Below are positions 12,493 through 24,859 of a stretch of DNA of 64,000 nt, one piece after another; the stretch's first letter is position 1, and every line of letters begins with the position of its first letter. The position numbers and the translations under genes are program-made. Under the pieces are notes generated by a model. That model saw nothing but the letters and a program-made list of their open reading frames with translations. It had not been told where the DNA came from and searched no databases. Source of the DNA: Octopus sinensis (lineage: Eukaryota); contig NC_042997.1 of the NCBI RefSeq assembly GCF_006345805.1, forward strand, positions 90,768,001 through 90,832,000. The letters run 5' to 3'.

Positions 12493-12542
12493 TTTGTCAG
12501 TGAACAGGTCGCGGATTTTAGCGACGAAAATATTTTGACAAA
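12493..12542 (+). ncRNA. Minimal type-I hammerhead ribozyme-like motif, G3-C8 covariant core
   Basis: tttgtca-GTGAACA-g-gtcgc(ggatttta)gcgac-GAA-aatatt-T-tgacaaa: 7-bp helix I, 5-bp helix II, palindromic helix III. Confidence 0.65.
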
Positions 12543-12680
12543 TTAAACTTAAATGTTGAAGTGAATCGAACGGCTTTTGTGTGTTTCTTAAATGGCTTAT
12601 AAACACCTTCCACGCTGCAATTGTTTTCGTTTCAGCACACGATCTCAGATCAAATTACTTGCTATGCGAGTACATCTCCG

Positions 12681-12720
<40 letters not shown>

Positions 12721-13407
12721 CACATATGTGTGTGGGTGTATATGAAAATGATGTCAAACATGTACATAATGATATTCAATGCATATGCATTTAACACATA
12801 CATGTCAGATAACTGTGTAATACATTAAAAGGGAAGTTCATCTCTTACGCAAAATCTTCTTGAAACATATTAAATGCATTCAAAATACCATTACTTGGTC
12901 TGACTTCATTTCTATAAACTATACGACTCTGTGCCCTGTACAAACTAGCCAGTAACTAAATCCATTCACACAGATACTATTACAAGGGTTTGGAGTGGCT
13001 TGTTCTATTTGACTTGAGTCAGAAATTCTGGTATTGTGCATCGCTTCTAAGCTTAATACAAATTATATTTATTGTTACACATATATATATATGTATATAG
13101 TTATACTTGGGGATGGTTATATTTTGTTGATTAAACACATGCACTATATATTTAGTCTTCTCTACAGCCTTATTATTAATATTATTATCATCTTAGTTTC
13201 TTAGTCAAAGCTCTTTTGTCACACATCCTGTGACTTCATCAGCAACTTTCTATCCCATGTGTTACCTCTTATTCTGCTTCGGCCATTTACATTTATTCAT
13301 TTATATATATATAGATAGATAGATAGATAAGGAAAGAGATAACAAAGGAATAAACAATTATCTTATGAACCCCATTAGCTTACAGCTGATTATTATTATT
13401 ATTTAAA

Positions 13408-13865
13408 AGGCAGTGAGTTGGCAATTAGCATGCCAGGTGAAATGCTTAGAGACATTTTGTCTGTCTTCACGTTCTGAGTTCAAATTCTGCTAAGGTCGAC
13501 TTTGCCTTTCATCCTTTCAGAGTTGATAAATTAGGTACCAGTTGCATATTGGGGTCAATCTAATCGACTGCTCCCCTCCCACAAAATCTCAGGCCCTGCA
13601 GCTATAGTAGAAAGGATTATGATTATTATTATTATTATTATTATAATTAAGACAGTAAAATGGCAGAATCGTTAGTAACCCAGGTGAAATACTTAGCAGC
13701 ATTTCATCCGTCTTTACATTCTGAGTTCAAAATTCTGCTGAAGTCAACTTTGCCTTTCATCCTTTTGGTACCAAAAAATACCAGTGAAACACTGGGGCCA
13801 ATGTAATCGACTAGACCCCACAAAAAAAAAATTGGGGACCTTGTACTTTTAGTAGAAAGGATTAT
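13408..13865 (+). mobile_element. Two tandem tRNA-derived SINEs (ggcagtgagctggcag...ttctgagttcaaatt family) with (ATT)n tails
   Basis: Match to the clean copy at 38737-38972. Confidence 0.8.
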
Positions 13866-14064
13866 TATTATTATTATTATCATTATTATTATTTCAAATG
13901 TCACTGAGGTTAACCTCGCCTCTCAACATGCGGTAGGCTCATATTTGAATGCCTGAGTAACAGCTTAGTTTCATTAGCATCTCAAATATGAAGTGCAGTT
14001 TATTTGAGAAAATATATACATTTTAATATATACACAGAAAAGCATTACCATTGCCAATGAGAAA

Positions 14065-14121
<57 letters not shown>

Positions 14122-14597
14122 TACCTAAGGACTTATGGACTAACATCTACACAATCGGTAGGTTGAACTGAACTTTTATGCTTCTTTTTTCTTCTCTTTT
14201 TCTTCATCACCTTATTCCTTTTCTCCTGTCCTCTATGTTGTCGTTTCATTAATCTATACCCTTCTCATTTTCCCCAATTCGTCTCAAATGATGGAATATC
14301 TCATACTCTAGGATATCCCAGAAACAGCTGTAAGACTTTGAATTTTTCCAATAATAATAACGTATATGACTTGAGATGTTTATCCTGCCTTAATGTTTGT
14401 TGTCCTGTTTAACAATTATATATCTACTATAACAGAAATCTACAATGGTTCCATAACTCCCATCTTGGTTATAACCTTGGAACCCTGGTAATCCATTACA
14501 ACACTTAGCCAGCATACCAAGTTGTTCAGATCACCTGTCAATATATTTTATATATATGCACACACACATACACAACACACACACATACACAACACAC

Positions 14598-14649
<52 letters not shown>

Positions 14650-15831
14650 TACATACATATACACACATACACAACAGGCTTCTTTCAGTTTCCACCTATC
14701 AAATCCACTCACAAGGCTTCAGCTGGCCTGGAGTAGAAAACATTTGCCCAGGGTGCCACTCAGTGAGACTGAACCCAGAACCATGTGATTGGGAAGCATA
14801 CTTCTTCCTACATAACCACACCTACTATATCCCCAAAACTACTTCCAAAACTTTTGTCATCAATAAATACCTCCAGCACCCACCACCAACACCAACACCT
14901 TTACAATCACAGACTACACTGTGCTATGTTAGTGCTACACTCACCATCACTACCATTCATATTGCCAAAGCCACTACAATAACTGTCACCATCACCACCA
15001 CCCCTATACCTAGAACTCACCACCACTATCACTTTACCCACCCAACAACAACATCAGATTACCTGCTGGGTTTCAATAGATACTTTTTTAATTAACCCAG
15101 TTTTCTCTACTTTGATTAATAAAGGTGTTGATTTGGTTGCAGTTTGGATCTATTTCAAAGCAGCATGCTACTTCCTACCACCACCATCAACAACACCACA
15201 GCACATCAGCCCCCACTAGGATTAAACTATCCACCATTATAATAGTCACTGCTAACATCCCCACCACTAAGTCAAAGACAGTCTCAATGACTACTATCAG
15301 AACTGTTACTATAAAGATAACAGTCACCAATTCCACCAACACAATCACTACCAACATCACCACCACCTGCAGCAGTTATGACAACAACAACGGTTATATA
15401 TATATAAAGAGAAGGGATAACTCAATAGCTATAATACGTCTTATAATCCTTTCTACTACAGGCACAAGGCCTGATATTTTGAAGGGATTAGTTGACTAAA
15501 TTAACCCCAGTATCTTACAGGTATTTATTTTATTATTTATTAACCCTCGAAAGGATGAAAGGTAGAGTCAACACTGGCAAAACTGAACCCAGAATGTGAA
15601 GACAGACGAAATGCTACTAGACATAAACAAGCAACTACTGCAGTATGAACCAATGAAGGAGCCTCAAACTTAAATTTTCAAGTATCACATACTGTCCTTC
15701 TTAACTTTTTAGTTACCATATTTCTGTCAAAATATACTACCTTTGTTTCCATTAACTTTGAAAGAACAAAATTTGAAAAACATAAAATTTTGATTGAAGG
15801 TTTTCATTAACTTTAACCCTTTAGCTTTCAC

Positions 15832-16041
15832 AATATTCCATCAAAAGTAATGCTTATTTATTCACATTGTTTTGAATTAATTGTGCATTATTTTGTAGCT
15901 TTGAGATTTTGATGAGGTAACAGCAAATTTTTAGAATGATATTGTAAAGTTGGTGAGAGAGGCTGAATCTGGCCAGCTTGAATATAAAATAGGCAGAATA
16001 TTTTTGGCCAGATATGGCTGATTTAAATGCTAAAGGATTAA
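15832..16041. mobile_element. piggyBac-like MITE
   Basis: ttaaccctttagc ... gctaaaggattaa termini with TTAA; related copies near 4172 and 41342-41560. Confidence 0.65.
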
Positions 16042-16674
16042 AATAGGAAGGATGTACCATAGAACCTAGGGTTGTCCCTGGTGGACTGGTCTCAAAAGGG
16101 TTAAGAACATGTGTTAGATGAGATAAGAAAAATACAAGATGGTCACAACTGGAATGCCTTTGGTCATAGATCTACTTGATCAGAGGTGATCTAGGGTTAA
16201 ACAACATCCACTTCCACTGCAGTATAGACAAGGATAATTCCTACTCTTCCACCATAATCCCAAATTTACTCACCTCTCTATTTTCCTCTTTTCCACTACA
16301 ACTACTAATATTTCTCTGACCCATTATCTACCATCAGACAGCACAGCTACATACCATCTTCACTATAAATTCCACCACAATGAATTTTAAGAACCTGTAA
16401 TCCTGGATCTATGGGGTGCTCTTAAGCATTCAATAGACTGGCTTCATACTAAGTGTACTCATCTAAAACTATCCATAAAGACTACAACATAAAGCAGCAG
16501 CAAAACTTAGGAATGTTTCTAATAAGTCATTAACTGTGACCAAACACTTCAAACATTAAAAAATTCCAAAGCTGAGCCAAAGGGTAAAGCTTCTGTCACT
16601 ATGCTTTTTTATTTGTTTAATGTTTTAATTTCTTCACTGACCAAATCAGAAATGTGAGCAATTAGACAGCTTAC

Positions 16675-16705
16675 CTTCCGTATATCAGGTCCATTTTGAT
16701 CATAC
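16675..16705 (-). CDS. MORC2: MORC2-like exon (31 nt; W-YDQNGPDIRK), end of chromo/Tudor-like domain
   Basis: ttcttattattacag / gtaagc; phase 2-0; fits recalled human WVEKGSEDVRL; preceded by a 21,416-nt intron. Confidence 0.8.
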
Positions 16706-17230
16706 CTGTAATAATAAGAAAGAAAAGAATGTTTATTTTGGAAGATAGAATGCAAAGAGAGAGAGAGTCAGACAGATCAACATCTTCAACACCAAACTAA
16801 ATTTGTCAACTAATCACCTAGAAGCAGCCAATCACAAACGTTGATGATTGAATAATACACGTCTTTAAAACAAGAAATTCCCTCTCCTGCTATTCACAGG
16901 AGTTTGGGGTAACATTCAGTTAGACAAAACTCAACTACATCTGTGAAGGCAACTTCTTATCAAGTCATTCATTTCAATTTGTTGTCATTGTTTATAAAAA
17001 TATGAAAAGTAATGTTTGTATTAAATAACAATAAATCATTCAAAAGAAGTATGCAGTCCAAATACAGACAATATTATGTTGTAAGAACAATAGTAAACCA
17101 TTCATTCATTTATTTGTGATTGTTCCAGTCTATAGACAGAACAACTATTTCAGGTACTGATGAGAGAGTTACAGACTGAACATAGTCTGAACAGGATCTA
17201 CAACACATATGTATAAAAAATATATGTACA

Positions 17231-17261
<31 letters not shown>

Positions 17262-17326
17262 GATAGATAGATATGGACATATATATATGTGCATACATAT
17301 GTATACATATATATATACATATATGT

Positions 17327-17373
<47 letters not shown>

Positions 17374-17412
17374 TAGATAGATATGGACATATATATATGT
17401 GCATACATATGT

Positions 17413-19153
17413 AGAGTTAGAAGAAGATATTAAAAAAAAGACAGCAAAACTTCTAAAATTACAGAGCACAAAAGTAGTGGAATCATCAAATCAGTTAAGA
17501 TTGGAAGAGGAAAGGAGACAAAGAGAAGAAGAAATAGAAAAGAAAAAGGAAGAGCGAGAGAGGTTGAAAAAATTAGAAGAGAAACGCAAGGCTGAAGAAG
17601 AGCAGAAAAAAGAAGAAATTCGGAAAAAAAGAGTAGTGAAGCGGCTCGTGGCAGTAAATCAAAGACCGTGGCAGATAAAGTGAGTAAAATTCGGTGCGTT
17701 TTTTACTTAATTTTTAAACTAACAAACTGGTTATGTTCAAACAGGTCAGATCTGGTTTCTCCTATATACCTAACAATGTCATTCCAAAAATAAACAGTTA
17801 CATCATTGAAATGTCAAAGCTATGAGATGATGATGATGATCATCATCATCATCGTTTAACGTCCGCTTTCCATGCTAGCATGGGTTGGACGGTTCAACTG
17901 GGGTCTGGCAAGCCCGAAGGCTACACCAGGCCAGTCAGATCTGGCAGTGTTTCTACAGCTGGATGCCCTTCCTAACGCCAGGTGTATAATTAATTCAAAG
18001 CAATGTGAATAAATAAGCATTACATATTACTATTATTATTAGTATTAGTATTGTCCCTTTGATCCCCGGTTGACAGTTTGCTTATTATTATTATTATTAT
18101 TACTATTTTCAGCTTCGCCTCGTATTGCATATTATTTCTCCATACAGGGTTTTTTTTTTTTTTTTTTTTCAATGGCGGCCCATTTTCGCGGGGTTCCACT
18201 ATTCCCTTCTCTCTCTCTCCCTCTTTTATGTTGTCTGCCATCCCCCCTCTTCCTTTCCCCCCTTCCATTGCTAAGAGCATTTTTAAGCCAGCCCGTCAAG
18301 TTCAACCTTCGCATATTCCCGTGTCAGGCCGAAGAACGAAATGTTCCCAAGATAAGAGAGTCTTTCTAATCTAATGTTGTGGTTGAGCTGTTTATTATTA
18401 TTACTATTATTATTAGTATTAGTATTGTCCCTTGATCCCCGGTCGACAGTTTGCTTATTATTATTATTATTATTACTATTTTCAGCTTCGCCTCGTATTG
18501 CATATTATTTCTCCATACAGGGTTTTTTTTTTTTTTTTTTCAATGGCGGCCCATTTTCGCGGGGTTCCACTATTCCTTCTCTCTCTCCCTCTTTTACGTT
18601 GTCTGCCATCCCCCCTCTTCCTTCCCCCCTTCCATTGCTAAGAGCATTTTTAAGCCAGCCCGTCAAGTTCAACCTTCGCATATTCCGGTGCACCCGCCCT
18701 TGCACACCACAATACCGGATATCTCTATATTTGCTCCATCTATACCGGATGTCGCTTCTCCCACCACCATTATAGGTGTCTACTTTTCGAACCCCCTCTC
18801 AATACGCTATTTTACCATGCATTACCCCTCTCTTGATATCCTACGTTCTACTTGCCTAGAACCTGTCATCATTTCTCTGAACCACCCTCCCCACTGGTGC
18901 TCCCCTATATTTCTGCACACCCCCCCCCCACATAAAAAGCACCATCTGAACGTGGCCGATGCCAGACCCCTCTGGCACCTGTGCAGGTGGCACGTAAAAA
19001 CACCCACTACACTCGCGGAGTGGTTGGCGTTAGGAAGGGCATCCAGCTGTAGAAACACTGCCAGACTAGACTGGAGCCTAGGGCAGTCCCTAGCTCCCCA
19101 GACCCCGGTCGAAATCGTCCAACCCGTGCTAGCGCGGAAAACGGACGTTAAAC

Positions 19154-19187
<34 letters not shown>
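17413..19187 (+). pseudogene. Partially spliced (semi-processed) retrocopy of MORC2 pre-mRNA, antisense within MORC2 intron
   Basis: 13 nt of exon 57986-58079 + whole exon 56599-56637 + exon 54151-54366 joined without introns, then reverse complement of intron 54150-52681, ending in (GAT)11; 1-nt loss in an A run shifts the frame. Confidence 0.95.
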
Positions 19188-19850
19188 TACAAATATATAT
19201 ATGTACATATATATATATACATATATAGATATATGTACATATATATACATATATAGATATATGTACATATATATACATATATAGATATATGTACATATAT
19301 ATACAATATATATATATGTACATATATATACATATATAGATATATGTACATATATATACATATATATATATATACAAATATAGATATATGTACATATATA
19401 TATATATATATACAAATATAGATATATGTACATATATATATATATACAAATATAGATATATGTACATATATATATACATATACAAATATAGATATATGTA
19501 CATATATATATATACATATACAAATATATATATATATAGATACACACAAAAACATATATACGTATACATGTATATATACAGAAACACATATATATACACA
19601 CATATACATACACACACATATGTATGTATATACACATGTATACATATATATACATACACACACATATATGTATATACATATATATATATGTATGTATATA
19701 CACATATGTATATACATATATATATGTATGTATATACACATGTATACATATATATATACATACATACACATATATACACATATATACATACATGCACATA
19801 TATACACATACATGTCTATATATATATAAATACAGATAGATATACATACA
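19188..19850. repeat. Compound (TA)/(CA) microsatellite flanking the retrocopy
   Basis: Directly visible; continues the array at 17221-17412. Confidence 0.9.
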
Positions 19851-20033
19851 ATGATTAAGTAATGTGCAAAATATTATTATTTTGCATATTACTTAATCAT
19901 TGTTTTATGTTTTATCTTATATTTAATCTTTCTAAATATGTAATTTTTCTAAATGGTATGATTTAATTTTTCATTATTGAATTGATAAACAGTGTTTTTT
20001 TCTCTATTATATATATATATATATATAATATAC

Positions 20034-20107
<74 letters not shown>

Positions 20108-20146
20108 GCATAAACACACACACACATTTGTGTAAAAAATTAATGA

Positions 20147-20522
20147 GTGGCTGTGTGGTAAATAGCTTGCTTACGAACCACATGGTTCTGGGTTCAGTCT
20201 CACTGCGTGGCACTTTGGGCAAGTGTCTTCTACTATAGCCTCAGGCCGACCAAAGCCTTGTGAATGGATTTGGTAGACGCAAACTGAAAGAAGCCCGTCG
20301 TTTATATATATATATATATATAAATGTGACCGCATGTGTACCGTTGTCGATTTTTCTTCTGTCTTCCCTTCTCTGGATCTTTCCTTCTCCTATGTTTCCG
20401 ACAAAGAGCTCCACTCGAAACGTTAAACCCTCCTCCTTTCCTGAGCATCCAATAATACTATATTTGTTCCACGTCCTCGCGTTGCTGTGTTTTTTTGTGC
20501 TTTCTTGTTTGGATTAACTCTC

Positions 20523-20557
<35 letters not shown>

Positions 20558-20760
20558 CTATGTTTGTCCCCGCAACATCACTTGACAACTGATGCTGGTG
20601 TGTTTATGTCCTTGTAACTTAGCAGTTTGGCAAAAGAGACTGATAGAATAAATACGAGGCTTACAAAGAATAAGACCTGGGGCCGATTTGATCAACTAAA
20701 AGCAGTGCTCCAGCATGGCCAAAGTCAAATGACTGAAATGAGTAATAGAGTAAGTACATG
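20147..20760 (+). mobile_element. tRNA-derived SINE (ggctgtgtggtaag...ggttcagtcccactg family) with a nested insert at about 20325-20520
   Basis: Head, ggatttggtagac body, gtcaaatgactgaaa tail; further copies near 14660, 21000, 21640, 25430, 34665, 36870, 49410, 60435, 60878, 61465, 63700. Confidence 0.85.
20394..20428 (+). ncRNA. Degenerate minimal hammerhead-like motif in nested Penelope-like fragment
   Basis: gttt-CCGACAA-a-gag(ctcca)ctc-GAAAC-GTT-aaac; helix III palindrome aacgtt; core deviates at positions 4 and 8. Confidence 0.45.
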
Positions 20761-22866
20761 CACTGCATAAATGTTTTCAGGATTAAATAATAAGACAACA
20801 AACGGAAAATATGACATAACTGTGTGTATACATATGTAATTTTTTTTAAAAACTGATGTAAATAAACATACGAACATATACTAAATGCACAGATGAACAG
20901 AAAACACAGAAGGTCACCAACTCCTCTTCAGTTATCAGCCAGAGGGTTGAGCCCAATTTTGGCCATGTGTGTGTGTACACACACCTTTTTTATATATGTG
21001 TATATACAATAGCTTTCTTTCAGATTCCATCTACGAAATACACTCACAAAGCTTTGGTTGTCCCAAGGCTATAGTAGAAGACACTTGCCCAAGGTTCCAC
21101 ACAGTGGGATTGAACCTGGAACCACATGGTTGGGAAGCAAGCTTCTTAGCACACAGCCACTATATTCATTTATGTATATTTATTTATATCTTTGTCTTTG
21201 TGTTTGTTTTTATGTTCAAACCAGCCATGTCTAACCTCTCACATCCACCTTACAATGTCATTCTACAAGCAAACGATCTCAATATTGAAATCTCAAAGCT
21301 GTGCAATTAATTTAAAACATAATAATATGAATGAAGGGTTAAATTTGTAGTAACACTCAGAAAACCTATGACCCAAACTGCACTCGGATGGAAATTAGCT
21401 GAAGTTATTTGAGATTTTCTTAAGTAATCAAAGCAGTGTTCACAGTATTTATATTTGGGTGTACATAGTTTAATCAGATACTTCAGCATTATTTGTTTGT
21501 TTGTTCATAGAGAAACAAAGTAACAAGGACTACAGGTTAAGGATTAGAAATGATGTGATAGTAGAAAAAAAAAAAGAAGAAAAGTAAGGAGGGAAAAATG
21601 TACCTCCTTATATCATTTTTTCTTTTTGTCCGTTTTAACTCTTTTTATTTGCTTCAGTCATGTGACTGTGGCTTGCTGGGACACCAGCCTGAACAAATCA
21701 ATCCCATTATTTTATTTTTTTAAAGTCTGGTATTTAATTTCTTGGTCTCTTTTACCAAACTGCTAAGTTACAGGGATGTAAACAAACCAACACCAATTAT
21801 CAAGCAATAATGGAGAGACAAACATAAACACACACACGACGGGCTTCCACACTGCTTCCATCTACCAAATTCAATCACAAGGCATTGGTCAATCCCGGGC
21901 TAAAGTACAAGATACTTGCCCAAGGTGCTGTGCAGTGAGACTGAACTCAAAGCTATGAGGTTGCAAAGTGAGCTAGATATAAAAGTACTGCAGCATTTGC
22001 TGTGTGTACATTTTATACACCAAAATCTGTTTTCTTAAGCATCCTTTACAAAAAAAGAAAGAAAGAAAAAAAAAGCAAGTAAGTTCAACTCCAACAGACA
22101 TATTCAACATTATTTAAATATTTCTCACAGTAAATAAAGAACAATAAAACAAAATGAAAGCTTGCCACAAAATATTATGGCAGCTAACAGCAGCAATGCT
22201 GTAAACATACATATTTTATTCTTCAGTCATCACACTAAATCCAGCAAGAGTTACAATCGCTTCTCTTCAGATTCTCAAATATAAAACATGCAATATAAGT
22301 CACTTGCAGAGTTGTCAGCAGCCCTAGCACTGGCTTTTATTCAGATAAGTGATTTAATAGAGTGCCATGTAATTAAACAATATTGTTTTGGACTGGCTGT
22401 TGGAGGAGTGGTGGATTGATGCGCTTGCCATGCAGTGGGGCTGGGTCTTGGTGCATAACCATTTAGTTCAAGCGAGAAGCCAAGAACAGCCAATGTTTTA
22501 ATGCACATCCACCTGAGACTTTGTCACAGAGAGTGTTGTTGTTGTAGCCTTGCTAGCCAATGTGAAGACAAGACAAGATGGGAAGTTTATGGTTTTGGTC
22601 TTTAATGATGTCAGCTGCTGCTGCTGCCAGCACAGTAAATATGGCTTATAAGCAATAACATCATCATCTCTAATAAGAAATACCAATGCCACAACACGAA
22701 TGGTGTAATAGCTGATGATAAAACCGCTTTTAGCATCAAATGATCCTATCAGCATATGAAATATTACATGCATGTGTTTGTGAGAAGTGATGTGTGTGTT
22801 TGTGATTTTGATGAGTGATGTGTGTGCACACACAGACACATACCTTAAACACACATGTATGCTGCA

Positions 22867-22904
<38 letters not shown>

Positions 22905-22911
<7 letters not shown>

Positions 22912-24146
22912 CAGTGAATAAACTGTCATCTAAATTACACAAAAATGAAAATAACACAGACATCTCATTTTAACAGATATATTTACCAAAATTACATAAA
23001 AATATCTTGAAATACTAAAGAGTAAATTTATTCAATAAAATTGCCATTGTCTTCAACAACGGCCTCCAGACGACTTTGGAATTTGTAACTCTTCTAGATA
23101 TTCTCCATAATCCTTGCTCTCAGTTCATCCTTGGTGTAACAAGGAGTTTTGTTGGTCTCTTGCTCAACGGCACCCCACACATAATAATCAAGCAGGTTGC
23201 AATCTGGGGAGTTAGATGGCCAGATGTTAGGGGTGATGTCATTGCAGAAATTGTCTGACAGCCATGACTGGGTTCCCTTGCTTGTGTGGCTTGGTGTAAA
23301 GTCCTATTGTCAGACATTGGGTCTTCTAGCAGCCACCCTCTTCACCCAGAGTAGCACTACCTCCTCCAGGCACCTGATGTAGGCCTCCATGTTGAGACTG
23401 AGACTGTGTGGGAAGATGAATGGAGGTATAACATCGCCATCACTAGTAATCACTCCAAATGTTGACTGGATGTTTGATTTTTATCATTTTCAATACATGT
23501 TTTGGGGGCATGGCAGCTGTTCTGTGTGCTTACCATCTGATCCTGGCATAAATTTTTCATGTCTGAGAAAAACCAAAGCATGTTCAGTTGGAGGGGATGC
23601 TAGGGTTTGTTCAAAAGCTTCGTAGTGCGATCTTTCCACTTATCATTGATGGCTTGCAATAAAAATTGGTCCTTTCTCATCTAGTATGAGAAATGCTCAA
23701 TATCTTTATGCACTACCTGCCTGATAAGAAACTCAGACACTCCCATGTCCCTGGTGATGGACCTGATTGACTTGGGGGGATCGTTATCAATCATGGCCTA
23801 GAGCTCACCAACAAATTCAGGAGTTCTCTTCTTATCAAAACAATCAGAGTGAGTTTTCTGAGCTGCCATACATTCGTGATCACCATTAGACAAATTCAGC
23901 TCTTTTCGAATCCTCTGCACTGTCATCAGATTGACACCCAATCACTCTGAAATGTTTGTATTGGAGCTTCTGCCATGAATGCCAAGCAGTACAGCATGTC
24001 ATTTCCAAAGTCAATTGCATCATTGCGTTGTTTTTCTTACAGACACTGTCCAACTGACCCTACTATATTGAGTAATCAACAAATTCAAAAACAAACAATG
24101 CACATAATTAAAAATATGAGATAGCGACAATTTTTCCCATCATACC

Positions 24147-24151
<5 letters not shown>
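22905..24151 (-). mobile_element. Tc1/mariner DD37D (maT-type) transposon relic
   Basis: Minus-strand DFTPSHTSKGTQSWLSDNFCNDITPNIWPSNSPDCNLLDYYVWG gives 37 residues between the Asps; stops and frameshifts; degenerate ta(c/t)aggg termini in (TA)n. Confidence 0.88.
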
Positions 24152-24187
<36 letters not shown>

Positions 24188-24859
24188 TACATATGTGTGC
24201 ATTTATATGTATACATACATACTTATATATACATATACATATGTACATACACACACATATATCACTGTACCAACCAGACTATCAGATATAGTTATACACC
24301 ACTGGTCATAATGCATTTCCAGTTCTTTCCTAACTGTCGCTGTCTTTTCCATCTTGAACCAAATTCCTTAACTATGAAGCAAATGGTTCCCAGTCCATTT
24401 TGACAATGAATATTCAGTTGTATGCCCTGTGATTTGGCATGGTTTCTACATCTAGATGCCTTTCATAACACAAAATTTTACATGTGCACACTTGCATTAG
24501 AGAAGTTTCATGTCCTCGGCTGAATGAAGTCCTCACTACTTTATGTTGATTTCATTAGCATAGCAACCACTTTTAGATTGTGTTTGGTGCATTTTAATAT
24601 GACACCAGTATTAGAGGTCAAGTCCAGGTCGTGGTGTGATGGCTTGTATGTCTTAATGATCCTGAAAGCAATTCCAGTGGAGTACAAACTCCCAAGCTGA
24701 ACAGGTTAAAGAATAGAAGCCAGACTAATTTGGACCACCTCTAGGGATGAAAAATGGGTTTCTGTAAAGCCAACACACCTACCTAGAAAAAAGCAATGTT
24801 ACAGAGGCAGTGATGACAATTCAATACCAACAAGATTGGGAAGGGGAAGGCCTTTCTTC

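Noticed and set aside
17399-17683. 94-aa + strand ORF as an independent gene
   Set aside because: It is the frameshifted exon part of the retrocopy, and its start codon comes from flanking microsatellite.
17221-19250. Target-site duplication around the retrocopy
   Set aside because: atgtacaaatatatatat occurs on both sides (about 17322 and 19185) but is not adjacent on the left; the microsatellite context makes a TSD uncallable.
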